A stretch of DNA of 64,000 nt from an uncultured delta proteobacterium (lineage in GTDB: Bacteria > Desulfobacterota > Syntrophia > Syntrophales > UBA5619): positions 324,881 to 388,880 of the forward strand of contig CAWFOM010000001.1 of the NCBI GenBank assembly GCA_963817385.1, read 5' to 3'. The notes under the pieces were generated by a model. The model was given only the letters and a program-made list of their open reading frames with translations, ran no database searches and had not been told where the DNA came from. The translations under genes were made by a program, and so were the position numbers. Positions within the stretch are counted from its first letter, which is position 1; every line of letters starts with the position of its first letter. Of this stretch, positions 50,908 through 61,945 are shown in pieces.

Positions 50908-52404
50908 TCAAGCCGGCCTCTTTTTTTTCCGCAGATATTTTATCACGGAGTATAACGGGGACAAAACGGCAATGATCAGAAGCCCCAAGCTGATCGGCCG
51001 GGTGACGAACACGGTCCAGTCCCCGTTTGAAAGGGTCAAGGCCCGGCGGAGCCCCTGTTCCATCATCTCTCCCAAGACCAGCGCAAGCAGCAAGGGGGCC
51101 GCCGGGTAGTCGTGCTTGCGCATGAAATATCCGACGATTCCGAAAACGATCATCAAAAACACGTCGAATACGGCAAACCGGACGCTGTAAACGCCGATGG
51201 TGCAAAAGGTCAGCACCATGCAATTCAGCAGGGCACCCGGCAGATCCAGAATTTTTGCGAAAACGTTGACCAGCGGCAGGTTGAGGATGAGCAGGATGAC
51301 GTTTCCGATATACATGCTGGCAATAATCGTCCAGACGAATACCGGATCCTTCTCGAAGAGCAGCGGGCCCGGCTGGATCCCGTAGATCATGAACGCGCCA
51401 AGCATGACGGCCGTGGTGGCGCTGCCCGGAATGCCTAACGTCAGCAGGGGGACCAATGCCCCCTCGTTTGCCGCATTGTTGGCCGCCTCGGGTCCCGCCA
51501 CCCCTTCGATGGCCCCTTTGCCGAACTGCTCCGGATGTTTCGAGCTCTTTTTTTCAACGGCGTAAGAAAAGAAGGTCGCGGGGGTGGATCCCGCCCCGGG
51601 GAGAACGCCGACCAAAAATCCAATGACGGTTCCCCGGATATATGGCATGATGGACTGCTTCAGTTCCTCCATGGTGATCCAGTAGCGTCCGCTGATCTGT
51701 TCCCGCTTCTGCAGCCCGTATTTTTGGATCAGTTCCGCCTGGACGAGCACCTCCGAGATGGCAAACAGGCCGATGGCGACGACGATGAAATCGACCCCTT
51801 CGACCAGCCACTGGGAACCGAAGGCAAACCGGACGCGACCGGTCTGCAGATCCATGCCGACGGTAGCGAGCAACAAGCCGACAAGGGTCGTAAAAAGACC
51901 CTTAATAGGTGATTCGGTCGTCAGGGTGCTTACCATGGTCAAGGCCAGCAGAAGAAGCGAGAAATATTCTGCCGGTGTGAACTTGATCCCCAGGCGGGCA
52001 ATGGGCATCGCAAGGAGCATGATGGCCACGGTAGAGAGTGTACCTGCAAAAAAAGAACCGATGGCAGCCGTCGCCAGTGCGGCCTTTGCCCTTCCCTGCG
52101 CGGCCATCTGGTACCCATCGAAACAGGTGACCACCGCAGAGGACTCACCCGGGGTGTTGAGGAGAATCGAGGTGGTGGATCCGCCATACGCGGAACCATA
52201 ATAGATTCCCGCCAACATGATGATCGCGGAAACGGGTGGGAGGGAAAAAGTAATGGGGAGGAGAATGGAGATCCCTACGAGCGGCCCAATTCCCGGCAGA
52301 ACGCCTATGACCGTGCCGTAGAGCGCTCCGATGAAACAGTATGCCAGGTTCTGGAGGGAAATCGCCTGGCTGAAACCCAAAGAGATATTGGCCCACAGGT
52401 CCAT
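50908..52404 (-). CDS. tctA: TTT large permease TctA
   Basis: [39 protein letters not shown]. Confidence 0.95.
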   Translation of the reverse strand: MDLWANISLGFSQAISLQNLAYCFIGALYGTVIGVLPGIGPLVGISILLPITFSLPPVSAIIMLAGIYYGSAYGGSTTSILLNTPGESSAVVTCFDGYQMAAQGRAKAALATAAIGSFFAGTLSTVAIMLLAMPIARLGIKFTPAEYFSLLLLALTMVSTLTTESPIKGLFTTLVGLLLATVGMDLQTGRVRFAFGSQWLVEGVDFIVVAIGLFAISEVLVQAELIQKYGLQKREQISGRYWITMEELKQSIMPYIRGTVIGFLVGVLPGAGSTPATFFSYAVEKKSSKHPEQFGKGAIEGVAGPEAANNAANEGALVPLLTLGIPGSATTAVMLGAFMIYGIQPGPLLFEKDPVFVWTIIASMYIGNVILLILNLPLVNVFAKILDLPGALLNCMVLTFCTIGVYSVRFAVFDVFLMIVFGIVGYFMRKHDYPAAPLLLALVLGEMMEQGLRRALTLSNGDWTVFVTRPISLGLLIIAVLSPLYSVIKYLRKKKRPA

Positions 52405-52564
52405 AATGGATCCTCCTAAGATGAACAGCAGTTTTTATGAATGGGCTCGGCTGATTTTACCCTTTCGCGCCCCGCAGTGGGGATACTCTCCCGCGGGGCC
52501 GATCCCTGCGTGACCGGGAAATCCCTCTCCAGTTCACACAGGGATCGTTGTTTGCGCGGCCCGA

Positions 52565-53575
52565 CTACTTTTTCTCCTTTTTATCCATCCCCAGTTTTTT
52601 GACCACGTCGTTGATCATTGCCTGTTTTTCATCCAGGAATTTATCCATGTTCTCCGTCCTGAAGGAATCTCCCCAGCGGTACTTCTTGATCATCTCCTGC
52701 CAGGTCGGCGATTTGACCATTTTCGCCATCGTCTCCTGCCAGTATTTAAACGCGTAATCGGGCATCCCTTTTCCCCCCAGGACATACCGGAAGTTGTCCC
52801 ACTCCAAATCGACCCCCGCCTCCCGGAAGGTGGGAATATCCTTCAGCAACGGACCCTCCATCCTTTTGCCGGCGCTGACCGCCAGGGGACGCAACTGTTT
52901 CGATTCGAGGAGGCCCATGACGTCGTCGACCGAGGAAACTAAAGCCTTGGCCGTTCCCTCCAGAACCACCCCGGCGGATTCTGTGCCGCCGGCGAAGGCG
53001 GCATAATTGATCGTGGTGATATCGATCCCCGCCTTGGAAAAGAGCGCCCCGTAACAGAGCCGATCATCGCTGTAGCCGCCGCTCAGAGGGGTCCCGCCGG
53101 GATTGCTCTTCAGATCTTTGATGAGATCCCCGAGGGTTTTGTAGGGTGAATCCTGTCGCACGAAAATGCCGTAATAGGCGGAGATCAGGCGGGCGATCGG
53201 CCGATAGTCCTTGTGGCTATACGGCGAAAGGCCTATTGCGTAATTGAGCGGCCCGGTGGTCGACAACACGGCGACCATGTAAGGGTCGTTTGAGTGACGC
53301 AGAACGATCTCAGCTGTTCCCTGGGATGAGCCTGCCGCGTTCATGACGGTCATCGGCACCCGGACCAGTTTCTCCTGGGTCAGCGTCTGCACGATGGCGC
53401 GCATGGTGGTATCGAATCCGCTGCCCGGTTTGGACGGAGCGATCATGAGCATCCCTTTCTCCGGATAGTTTTGGCCGGCGGCCAAGGCCACGCCGGCCGT
53501 CCCCATCCCTATCCCGACGAAAAGCAGCGCAGTCACGATCCAAATCCGATACTCCCTGTTTCGAAATGCTTTCAT
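52565..53575 (-). CDS. tctC: TTT substrate-binding protein TctC
   Basis: YP.K..MIAPSKPGSGFD, PIARL, SPYKTL.DL, DIPTFREAG; AGGGAGG RBS before ATG 53575. Confidence 0.88.
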   Translation of the reverse strand: MKAFRNREYRIWIVTALLFVGIGMGTAGVALAAGQNYPEKGMLMIAPSKPGSGFDTTMRAIVQTLTQEKLVRVPMTVMNAAGSSQGTAEIVLRHSNDPYMVAVLSTTGPLNYAIGLSPYSHKDYRPIARLISAYYGIFVRQDSPYKTLGDLIKDLKSNPGGTPLSGGYSDDRLCYGALFSKAGIDITTINYAAFAGGTESAGVVLEGTAKALVSSVDDVMGLLESKQLRPLAVSAGKRMEGPLLKDIPTFREAGVDLEWDNFRYVLGGKGMPDYAFKYWQETMAKMVKSPTWQEMIKKYRWGDSFRTENMDKFLDEKQAMINDVVKKLGMDKKEKK

Positions 53576-53647
53576 GGTTGCCTCCCTTTTGTAGTTACGT
53601 GACATCATATTTCATTCGGATATCATCCTGACGGTCCCCCCGGCAGA

Positions 53648-54586
53648 CTATCCGAGCTTGACCTGGCAATCCGGGGCCTTTGCCAGCACCCACGGTTTTC
53701 CCGTCTTCAGGAGCGCGCTGTTGAGCGGGTGCGGGATCGCCTCGCGGACCACCTCGGCCACCTCCAGCAGGGTATCGAGATTGACCCCGCATTCGACCCC
53801 CATCTCGTCGAGCATGTTGACCAGGTCTTCCGTGGCGACGTTCCCCGCCGCGTTCGGGGCGTACGGGCATCCCCCCAAGCCGCCGATCGCGGCATCGAAT
53901 TCGGTGAGCCCGGCCTGCATGGCCGCCAGGATATTAGCCAGGCCCAGGTCCCGGTGGTTGTGGATGTGGGCCAACCACCGGATCTCCGGATATTTGTCGA
54001 GCAGATGCGCTATGGTGTCGTACACCAGTTTCGGGTTGGCATAGCCGACCGTATCGGCGATCGTTACGCTGCGGATCCCCATCGCCAGATAGCGATCCGC
54101 CACCCGCTCGATTTGCCGGAGGGAGACCTTCCCCTCGAAGGGGCAGCCGAAGGCGCAGGCCATCCCGCCGCTCACCTCGATCCCCTGCTCCCGGATCGTC
54201 GCTGCCAAAGTCTCATACTCCTTGAGGGTCTCGTCGATGGAGCGGTTGGCGTTGGAGCGGTTATGCGACTCGGTGACCGACATCATCAGGTTGATCTTGT
54301 CGGGTTTGAGCGGCAGCGCCCGCTGGAGCCCCTTGAGGTTCGGAACCAGGAGCCGGTACGAGACGTCCGGTCGCCGGTCGATCTTCGCCATCACCTCCTC
54401 GGCATCGGCCAGTTGCGGCACCGCCTTGGGGTGGACGACGGAGGAAACCTGGATGTTCTTCAAACCGGCCCGGATCAGGCCGTTGACGATTTCAATCTTC
54501 TTGGCCGTGGGGATGAACTGCTTCTCGTTCTGGAAACCGTCCCGCGGCCCCACATCGACGATCGTTACCTTCTTGGGAAGATTCAT
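53648..54586 (-). CDS. Hydroxymethylglutaryl-CoA lyase family protein (DRE-TIM)
   Basis: DVGPRDGFQNE, AFGCPFEG, ADTVG, HIHN, GGLGGCPYAP.AAGNVATED. Confidence 0.92.
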   Translation of the reverse strand: MNLPKKVTIVDVGPRDGFQNEKQFIPTAKKIEIVNGLIRAGLKNIQVSSVVHPKAVPQLADAEEVMAKIDRRPDVSYRLLVPNLKGLQRALPLKPDKINLMMSVTESHNRSNANRSIDETLKEYETLAATIREQGIEVSGGMACAFGCPFEGKVSLRQIERVADRYLAMGIRSVTIADTVGYANPKLVYDTIAHLLDKYPEIRWLAHIHNHRDLGLANILAAMQAGLTEFDAAIGGLGGCPYAPNAAGNVATEDLVNMLDEMGVECGVNLDTLLEVAEVVREAIPHPLNSALLKTGKPWVLAKAPDCQVKLG

Positions 54587-54890
54587 GCAATAATTCCTTT
54601 CTCACCGTCCCTCCGGGTTGGAGGGCCTTGAATATCAGATCCCGGGCCGCGTCCTTACAGCGGGCCGATCAGAGGGGCTAACCAATATCATGATTAGCGA
54701 AAAAAAACACCATTGATTATGAGTTACCGTCATGCATTTTCATCAAGGGCAACGTTTTACCCGGGAGCCAGCTTTGGGCGATCAGTGCAGCCGGTCGTTA
54801 GGCAAATTTACGGGTATGATCCGGGTACCGGCTCCCCGTTGAGTATATTGCTGATATCCGCCCGGAATGGACCGATACGATGCGCGATGC

Positions 54891-56072
54891 TTACCCGATG
54901 AGGGGCTGCTCCCGGAGCCGCTTCTCCGGAAAGAAGAAGACAAGGCCGATGCAGAATAAGGGGATCACGGCCAGGCCAGTGAGGACCGCGCGGAGGGAGA
55001 AGTGATCGGCCAGGCTGCCGACGACGGGGATGAGCATCCCCCCCACCCCCATCGCGAGGCCCATCATCAGGCTCGACACCATCGACTTGCCGCGGGGCGC
55101 CAGTTTTTGCGCCATGACGATCCCCAGCGCCTGGGTGGCGAAGGCGAAGCCCCCCGCCAGCGCGGCCACGGGGTAGACCCAGGCGCCATGCAGGAAAAGC
55201 ATCAAGAGGAAGCAGGGGGTGCCCAGGCCGAAGGTGACGTAGTAGATCGGCCGGTAGCCGATCCGGTCGGAGAGGTGGCCGGCGATCAGGCCGCTCAGGG
55301 CGCCGACCACCGTGAACAGGGAGATGACGAATCCGATGGAGACGAGGGAATGGCCATCCCTGGCGTAGAGAATGGGGATGAAGGCGAGGAAGGACTGGGT
55401 TACGAAGGCGCGCAGGACCATCACCACCCAGATCAGGAGGACCGCCTTCCAGGCGTCGCCGAAGGCCGTCCTGACCGCCCCGAAAAAACCCTGCCCGCGG
55501 AGCCCCTCTCCCAGGGGCGGGGGAACGATCCGAAACAGGAGGACCATGAGGGCCAGACCCGGGATTGCCGTCCAGAGGGAGGCCTCAAGTCCGAAGCGGG
55601 AGACGACGGTGGCGATGGCCAGGGGCCCGAGGCCGAAGGCGAGCGTCCCGCCCATGTTGAAGATCGACATGGAAAAGCCGAAGTGGCGCCCCGCGTAATT
55701 GGCGACCATCCCGGCCACGGAGGGATGGAACATGGACGAGCCGACCGACGCCAGCGCGATGAAGAGCAGAAGCACCGGATAGGAGGTCGCCCGGCCGAGG
55801 AGGGCGATGAAGATCAGCGACAGAAGCGGTCCGCCGAGGATGAAGATGCGCGACCGGTAGCGGTCGGCGAAGTAGCCGACGGCGGGCTGGACGACGAAGG
55901 CGAGCATCCGCATCATCCCGGCGATCAGGCCGACCTGGGTGAGCGAAAGGGCGAACCGCTCGACCAGGACCGGCATGAGCGGATTGACGAAGGAGACATA
56001 GAAATCGCCCGTGAAATGGATCAGGGTCAGGGCGAAGATGACTTTGACGTCCGTGCGGTTCTGTTCGGTCAT
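54891..56072 (-). CDS. MFS transporter (Fsr-like)
   Basis: HFTGD, QP.VGYFADRY, GSSMFHP, MSIF..GG, GHLSDRIG; about 12 TM. Confidence 0.88.
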   Translation of the reverse strand: MTEQNRTDVKVIFALTLIHFTGDFYVSFVNPLMPVLVERFALSLTQVGLIAGMMRMLAFVVQPAVGYFADRYRSRIFILGGPLLSLIFIALLGRATSYPVLLLFIALASVGSSMFHPSVAGMVANYAGRHFGFSMSIFNMGGTLAFGLGPLAIATVVSRFGLEASLWTAIPGLALMVLLFRIVPPPLGEGLRGQGFFGAVRTAFGDAWKAVLLIWVVMVLRAFVTQSFLAFIPILYARDGHSLVSIGFVISLFTVVGALSGLIAGHLSDRIGYRPIYYVTFGLGTPCFLLMLFLHGAWVYPVAALAGGFAFATQALGIVMAQKLAPRGKSMVSSLMMGLAMGVGGMLIPVVGSLADHFSLRAVLTGLAVIPLFCIGLVFFFPEKRLREQPLIG

Positions 56073-56111
56073 AGGCTGCGCGAAGTATCACGCCTTTCGG
56101 GCATGTCAACC

Positions 56112-56220
56112 GGGATGACAGGGATGACACCGGGATGACAGGAACATTTCCCCGTTCGCGGGCGAATGTCCCCTGTCATCGTATGGAAGCCGCTGTCACC
56201 CCCGGGGGGATGACAGCGGC
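56112..56220. repeat. GGGATGACA short repeats and hairpin downstream of the NHL gene
   Basis: GGGATGACA at 56112, 56121 and 56132; inverted CCTGTCATC near 56172; hairpin CCGCTGTCA...TGACAGCGG. Confidence 0.55.
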
Positions 56221-56228
56221 CGAGGCGG

Positions 56229-57203
56229 TCAATAGTGGGCGAACTTCTGGAAGGTATGGGTGCCCTCGCGTACGCCGAATTTCGATATGCCGAACGTCCA
56301 GGTGACCTCGCCCACATAGAGATCCCCGCGCGAGTCCACGCACAGGGTGTGGGGGGAAACGAAGTTCCCCGGGGCCTCCCGGTCGGCGCTGCACCAGTGC
56401 AGGAGCACGTTTCCCGCGAGGTCGAAGACCCGCACCCCGCCCGGCAGGTCGTACTTGATCGGGCCGTTGGTGAAGGAGGCCTGGCCCGGCCGCCACCAGA
56501 GTTCCGAGACGTACACCCGGCCCTCCTTGTCGAAGGAGATGTCCGTGGGCCGCTGGACGTGGGTCCACATCTCGAGGGGCTGGCCGTCCCGGGAGAAGAT
56601 GTGGATCCGGTCGTTCTCGCGGTCGGTCACGAAGACGCGGTCGTCGGGCGAGATCCCGATCCCGTGCGGCAGGCGGAACTGGCTGATTCCCGTCCCCGGC
56701 TCGCCCCAGGACTGGATGAGCGTCCCGTCGGCCTGGAAGCGGTGCACCCGGGCGTTGCCGTAGCCGTCGCAGACGTAAATCTCCCCGTTGGGGGCGATGG
56801 CGGCGCTGGTCGGCCGGTTGAAGGGCGGCCCGCCGCGCTGGACGCTGCCGTGGGTCTTCCCGTCGTAGCCGGTGTCCGAGGCCTTGCCGGGGGTGCCGAT
56901 CATCATCACCTGCTTCCCCTCGGGGGTGAATTTGCGGACGGTGTGGTCGCCGTCGTCTATGGAGTAGACCATGTCGTCCGGTCCGATGGTGATCCCGTGC
57001 GTCCGGGGGGTGAAGATGTCCTCCCCCCACGAGCGGAGGAAATTGCCGTCGCGGTCGTAGACGATCACCCGGGCGTCCTGCCGGGTCATCAGATACACAT
57101 TGTCCTTCGAATCGACCGCCACGCCGTCCACGTCCTTGTGGACGTATCCCGCCGGCAGCTTCTCCCACCCTTCGATCACCTTGAATCTTGGCGCTGTAGT
57201 CAT
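56229..57203 (-). CDS. NHL-repeat beta-propeller protein (PAL-like family)
   Basis: GVAVDSKDNVY, FNRPT..A, YVCDGYGNARV, FRLPHGI, DRENDRI, PHTLCVDSRGDLYVGEV. Confidence 0.88.
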   Translation of the reverse strand: MTTAPRFKVIEGWEKLPAGYVHKDVDGVAVDSKDNVYLMTRQDARVIVYDRDGNFLRSWGEDIFTPRTHGITIGPDDMVYSIDDGDHTVRKFTPEGKQVMMIGTPGKASDTGYDGKTHGSVQRGGPPFNRPTSAAIAPNGEIYVCDGYGNARVHRFQADGTLIQSWGEPGTGISQFRLPHGIGISPDDRVFVTDRENDRIHIFSRDGQPLEMWTHVQRPTDISFDKEGRVYVSELWWRPGQASFTNGPIKYDLPGGVRVFDLAGNVLLHWCSADREAPGNFVSPHTLCVDSRGDLYVGEVTWTFGISKFGVREGTHTFQKFAHY

Positions 57204-57320
57204 AATCACATACCTTTCTTTTCTGAGAATTTGGCAATAATGGTTAACGTTCATGAAATACCGCGCAACCTTCGTGAACTCCGCTCCGGGGCGGTACGGT
57301 ACTCGTCCGTCTCTCGTCGG

Positions 57321-58296
57321 TCAGCGCACCAGGACATCCGGATTCAGGATTCCCGGGGGCCGCTCCCCCTTCAGCGCACAGATCAGGTTCTCCGCCGCCA
57401 TGGCGCCCGAGAGCCGCCGGGCGTCCGCGGTGGCCCCGGCCACGTGCGGGCTCAGATAGACGTTCTCCATGGCCCGCAAGGGGCTTTCGGCGCGCAGCGG
57501 TTCCCCCTCGAAGACGTCCAGGGCGGCCCCCGCTATTTTTTTCTCCGTGAGCGCCCGGCAGAGCGCCTCCGTGTCGACGATCCCGCCCCGCGCCGTGTTG
57601 ACCAGAAAGGCGGTCGGTTTCATCAGGGAGAGGCGCTCGGCATTGATGAGGTGCCGGGTCTTGTCGTTCAGGAAGGCGTGGAGGCAGACAAAGTCGCTCT
57701 CGCGGAGCAGCTCTTCCAGGGGAACGAAGGCCACGTGGTTGCGCTTCGGCAAACTGGGTGTCCCGGATCACGTCGCAGGCGAGGATCCGCATCTCGAAGG
57801 CGTTCGCCCGCTGGGCCACCTCCTTGCCGATCGTCCCCAGTCCCACGATCCCGAGGGTCTTTCCGGCCAGGTCGATGCCCTCGTGGCGGGTCCACCCCCC
57901 TTTGCGGACTTCCGCTTGATTCTCCTTGAGTTTGCGGGAGCAGGAGAGCATCAGGGCAAAGGTCCATTCGGCCACCGCGTGGCGGTTCACCCCGGGGGTG
58001 TTGCAGACGATGATCCCCCGCGCCGTGGCCGCCTTCATGTCGATGGCGTCGTAACCGACACCCGTCCGGGAGATGACCTTCAGCTGGGGAGAGGCCTCGA
58101 TGACCCTGGCCGAGAACGGGTCGCTCGAGACGATGACCCCGTCCACCCCCCGGAGGAGGTCGATCAACTCGTCCTGGCTGCGGGAGGTGAGGAACGGATT
58201 GTAGATGGTTTCCCACCCCTCCGCCCGGAGCCGCTGATCGACGTCGCAGCCCGCGCGAAGATAGATCGTGGTGATGAGAATGCGATAGTTGTTCAT
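57321..58296 (-). CDS. D-isomer 2-hydroxyacid (phosphoglycerate-like) dehydrogenase, frameshifted near 57741
   Basis: RTGVGYD, NTPG.N..AVAE, GIVGLGTIG in one frame; SDFVCLH, VNTARG, ALDVF..EP, SPHVAG in the next. Confidence 0.85.
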
Positions 58297-58393
58297 TCGG
58301 TTATCCTTTCCGGTTTGGTAGAGTACTCCAGAAATATTTTGAGCACCACGCCCCCTGTGATCCGGGTAAGGCGCTCTCCGAGCCATTCGTATT

Positions 58394-60317
58394 CTACGGA
58401 CGCAGGTGGTTTAAAAGCCCTCCGCTTTGAATAATGGCAATCTGCCGCGGCGTCAGGGTGTACGATACGCTGAATTCGTAATCCCGGGAAAGGTTCCGGA
58501 TACGGATCACGGGCTGTTCCAGGGCCTGGCCGGTGTTCGCGATGAGCAGTTCGTCGCCGAGCTGCAACCGTTCGTAGTCTTGGGCATCGGTGAAAATGAG
58601 CGGCAGGATCCCGAAATTGACGAGGTTCGCCATATGGATGCGCTCGATGCTCTTGGCGATGACGGCCTTCACGCCGAGATAGGCGGGACACAGGGCGGCA
58701 TGCTCGCGGGAAGAGCCCTGCCCATAGCTCAACCCGGCGACAATGATCGATGCCAGCCCTTCTTTCTGATGGCCTTTGCACCGTTCGGCGAACAGGGGAT
58801 CGACCTTGTGAAAGATAAAATCACCCGATCTGGGGATGTTGGAGCGGTAGCGGCTCACCGGTCCGGCCGGGATGATGTGGTCGGTGGTGATCTTGTCCCC
58901 GAGCTTGATGGCGACCTTGGCCCGCAGCTCCTCCGGCAGGGGTGCGTTTTTGGGCGGGGTGCTGATGTTGGGACCGCGGAAGATCTCTCACGTCGCCGCC
59001 GGACGGATAGACGAGCAGGTTGTCATTGATGTAAAATCGACCGGGCAGGGTGATTGCCGGATATTCCATCTGCAGATCCCGCGGGTCGGTCAACGTCCCC
59101 GTCAGCGCCGTGGCCACGGCCGCCTCGGTACTGACCAGATAGACCTGGGCGTCCTTTGTTCCGCTTCGGCCTTCAAAATTGCGGTTGTTGGTGCGGACGG
59201 AGATCCCGCCGGAGGGGGGGGACTGTCCGTAGCCGGCGCAAAAACCGCACGATGATTCCAGAATACGGACCCCGGCATCGATGATATCATTCAGTGCGCC
59301 GTTTTGGGTGATCATCCGAAGCACCTGACGGCTTCCGGGAACGAGGCCGACGGAGAGATCGGAGTTGACCTTTTTGCCTTTGAGCATATGGGCCACCACC
59401 ATCAGGTCCCGGTAGGAGGAATTGGTGCAGCTGCCGATCAGGACCTGATGGACCGGGATCCGGCCCGCTTCCCGGATCTTGCGGACATTGTCCGGCGAGT
59501 GGGGAAATGCGACGTTGGGTTCGATGGCGGAAATGTCCAGATCGACGGTTTCATCGTATCGGGCGTCCGGATCGGGCAGGAATTCCCGCCAGTCCGCCTC
59601 CCGATCCTGGGCCAGGAAGAACCGCCGGGTGACCTCGTCGCTCGGGAAGAGGGACGTGGTAACCCCCAGTTCCGCCCCCATGTTGGTCAGGGTCGACCGT
59701 TCGGGAACGGAGAGGTGCTCGATCCCTTCTCCCCCGTATTCGATCGCCTTGCCCACGTTGCCCTTGGTCGTCAGTTTTTTCAGGATCTCCAGGATAATGT
59801 CCTTGGCGCTCACCCAGGGTCTCAGTCGGCCGTGCAGGTTGACACGGACCACCTTCGGATACGAGAGATAAAATTCCCCTCCCGCCATCGCGACGGCCAC
59901 GTCGAGTCCGCCGGCGCCCATGGCCAGCATGCCGACCGCGCCGCAGGTGGGGGTGTGGCTGTCGCCGCCGATGAGCGTTTCTCCGGGACGACTGAACCTC
60001 TCCAGGTGGACCTGGTGGCAGATTCCGTTTCCGGCCTTTGAAAACAGAATGCCGTATTTTGCCGCCGTGGTTTGCAGATACCGGTGATCGTCGGAATTCT
60101 CGAACCCCTCCTGCAGCATGCAGTGATCCACGTAGGATACGGAAAGCCGGGTCTTCACCTTGGGAATCCCCATGGACTCAAACTGGAGATAGGCCATCGT
60201 GCCCAGGGCGTCCGTCGTCAAGGTCTGGTCGATGGAGATGCTGATCTCCGAGCCGATCTTCATGTCGCCGGAAACCCGATGCGCCCTGATCAATTTTTCA
60301 ACGAGATTGAATCCCAT
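58394..60317 (-). CDS. Aconitase-family hydratase (short type), frameshifted near 58988
   Basis: YVDH, GICHQ, DSHT, IGSCTN, CGFCAG, NRNFEGRSG; after removing one A: RGPNI..KITTDHI.PAG..RSNIP..YGQGSSREHAA..IERIH. Confidence 0.88.
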
Positions 60318-60408
60318 ATTGTTCCTCATACTCCACGACGATTAAAGACACGGCAATGGGAATGGTCGCGAGCGCAACGAGCTTGTCAAAGCCGATAAAA
60401 CGTTTCAT
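60298..60408 (-). CDS. 36-aa hydrophobic ORF (small protein or signal-peptide remnant)
   Basis: TAAGGAG RBS; MKRFIGFDKLVALATIPIAVSLIVVEYEEQYGIQSR; overlaps the aconitase start. Confidence 0.35.
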   Translation of the reverse strand: MKRFIGFDKLVALATIPIAVSLIVVEYEEQYGIQSR

Positions 60409-60564
60409 GACTGCTCCTTATCTTTTCTCGTTCCAATTTTCAAGTTTCACCTTGCAACTGTCTTTCATCTCGGCAATGCGTCTCGGTTTATTTCTCCACC
60501 TCACTCGATCTCTCCCACAATTTTATATGCACGATACGATGTTCGGCATCATTCGGTCACTGGA

Positions 60565-60807
60565 TTAAGGCATCAAGCTTTTTAAAATCGGATCATCTGC
60601 TAAAAATATATTAGTAGTCTCAGTCTCATCATCAAAAATGAGCACTGCCGATCCGTTTTCAAGTTTGTATTTTACCTGCCTGAATTTCGCTTCCGCGGGA
60701 ACTTCTCTTTCGCCATAATCAGTCCCGGCTCGGGAAATATATTCTTCAATGACTCCTTGTAACGCTTCAGGACTGAGTTTATCGATGGGAATTTTATGGA
60801 CAGACAT
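60565..60807 (-). CDS. YheU/UPF0270 family protein
   Basis: IP..LS.EAL...IEEYISR.GTDYGE, L..G.AVL.FD..TET.NI. Confidence 0.85.
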   Translation of the reverse strand: MSVHKIPIDKLSPEALQGVIEEYISRAGTDYGEREVPAEAKFRQVKYKLENGSAVLIFDDETETTNIFLADDPILKSLMP

Positions 60808-60945
60808 TCAAACTCACTCCACCCGCTTTCGTTTGTTTTACTCCATGGAACTATTGATAATCGTGATCTGATCATTCAGCGTCCAGAAATCATGGATATA
60901 GCCGATGCCGAATACCCCAAGCGTGCGTAGGTAGATGACGCCGCA

Positions 60946-61587
60946 CTAATTATCGGTCAGCCACGGGATTGCGTCTATGATAATTGAAGCTGCACCCTCG
61001 ATGCTGAGATGGTTGGTATTGATAACCAGGTCATAATTTAATGGATCCCCAATGTTTGCCTTGAAGTATCTCTTTACAAACTCACGGCTGCCATCGTCAA
61101 ACCGGGTTATTTCCTTCCTGGCATCCTCTTCATTGAGCTTCTGTCTATCCATGACACGCTTAACTCGCACCTCGACCGACGCCACAATCTGCACATGAAA
61201 AGCGCCGAGAAAGTCTTTCAGGATAAACTGGCTGCCCCGTCCGCGGATGACTATCGACTGAGTTCTGGCAAGTTCCTTAATAACGTATTCTAATCCTAAC
61301 AGGTAGTTTTTATCATCCAGCGGTATTTCCCATAATGGTGAGTATAACCCCGTATAGATGCCGTCACCCATATAGGCGGTCTGTGCCATGACTTCGGAGA
61401 TGCGCCCCAGAAGCGTGCTGGGTGGCATCTCCTTTGCCGCTATGCTCGTGTTTGGCCGACGGAGTCGTTCAGCTACTCCAGCGATGATTTCTCGGTCAAC
61501 ATAATCAATATTCAGTTTGTGTGCGATCAGTTCCCCTATTTCGGCCGACCAGCTGCCATGTTGGCCTCGAATGGTTATTACCGGCAT
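60946..61587 (-). CDS. Cytidylate kinase-like family protein
   Basis: VITIRGQHGS, DREII, VIRGRGSQFIL, RVKRVM, YDLVINT. Confidence 0.88.
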   Translation of the reverse strand: MPVITIRGQHGSWSAEIGELIAHKLNIDYVDREIIAGVAERLRRPNTSIAAKEMPPSTLLGRISEVMAQTAYMGDGIYTGLYSPLWEIPLDDKNYLLGLEYVIKELARTQSIVIRGRGSQFILKDFLGAFHVQIVASVEVRVKRVMDRQKLNEEDARKEITRFDDGSREFVKRYFKANIGDPLNYDLVINTNHLSIEGAASIIIDAIPWLTDN

Positions 61588-61915
61588 CTCGAAGTCCTCC
61601 TTTCTCCAGGTCCTCCTTAGTGACTTTCCTTTATCACAATAAATAGATGAAATACTCTTTCATGGGAGCTCCATAGAGAACAAATAATGTCTGCACATCC
61701 GTAAATCGAAATCAGAATATCAAGAATTGCCTGTGATTCAAGAATTATTTATTGCTTTCAGTGATTGAGACTGACGCGCTTGTGTAGCAGCTTTCACTTC
61801 GAACTACTCAGGTAAGATCAAGGAAAATATCGAGAACGTCAGTTATTATGTGCACCTACTACTCCTTAGTCCAAGGCGGCAACACAAGATAAAGGTTACC
61901 GGTTAAAACATGCGT

Positions 61916-61945
61916 AAAAAAGGCGGAGCCAGTTGACCCCGCCTT
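61916..61945 (-). terminator. Rho-independent terminator
   Basis: Minus strand AAGGCGGGGTCA-AC-TGGCTCCGCCTT followed by TTTT, downstream of the 62103 ORF. Confidence 0.7.

Noticed and set aside
58980..58995. TGA at the aconitase break as selenocysteine or programmed recoding
   Set aside because: The break is a one-base frame change at a non-catalytic linker with no slippery motif
61829..61856. ATCGAGAACGTCAGTTATTATGTGCACC as a transposon end
   Set aside because: Only a vague resemblance; no partner end or transposase in the window
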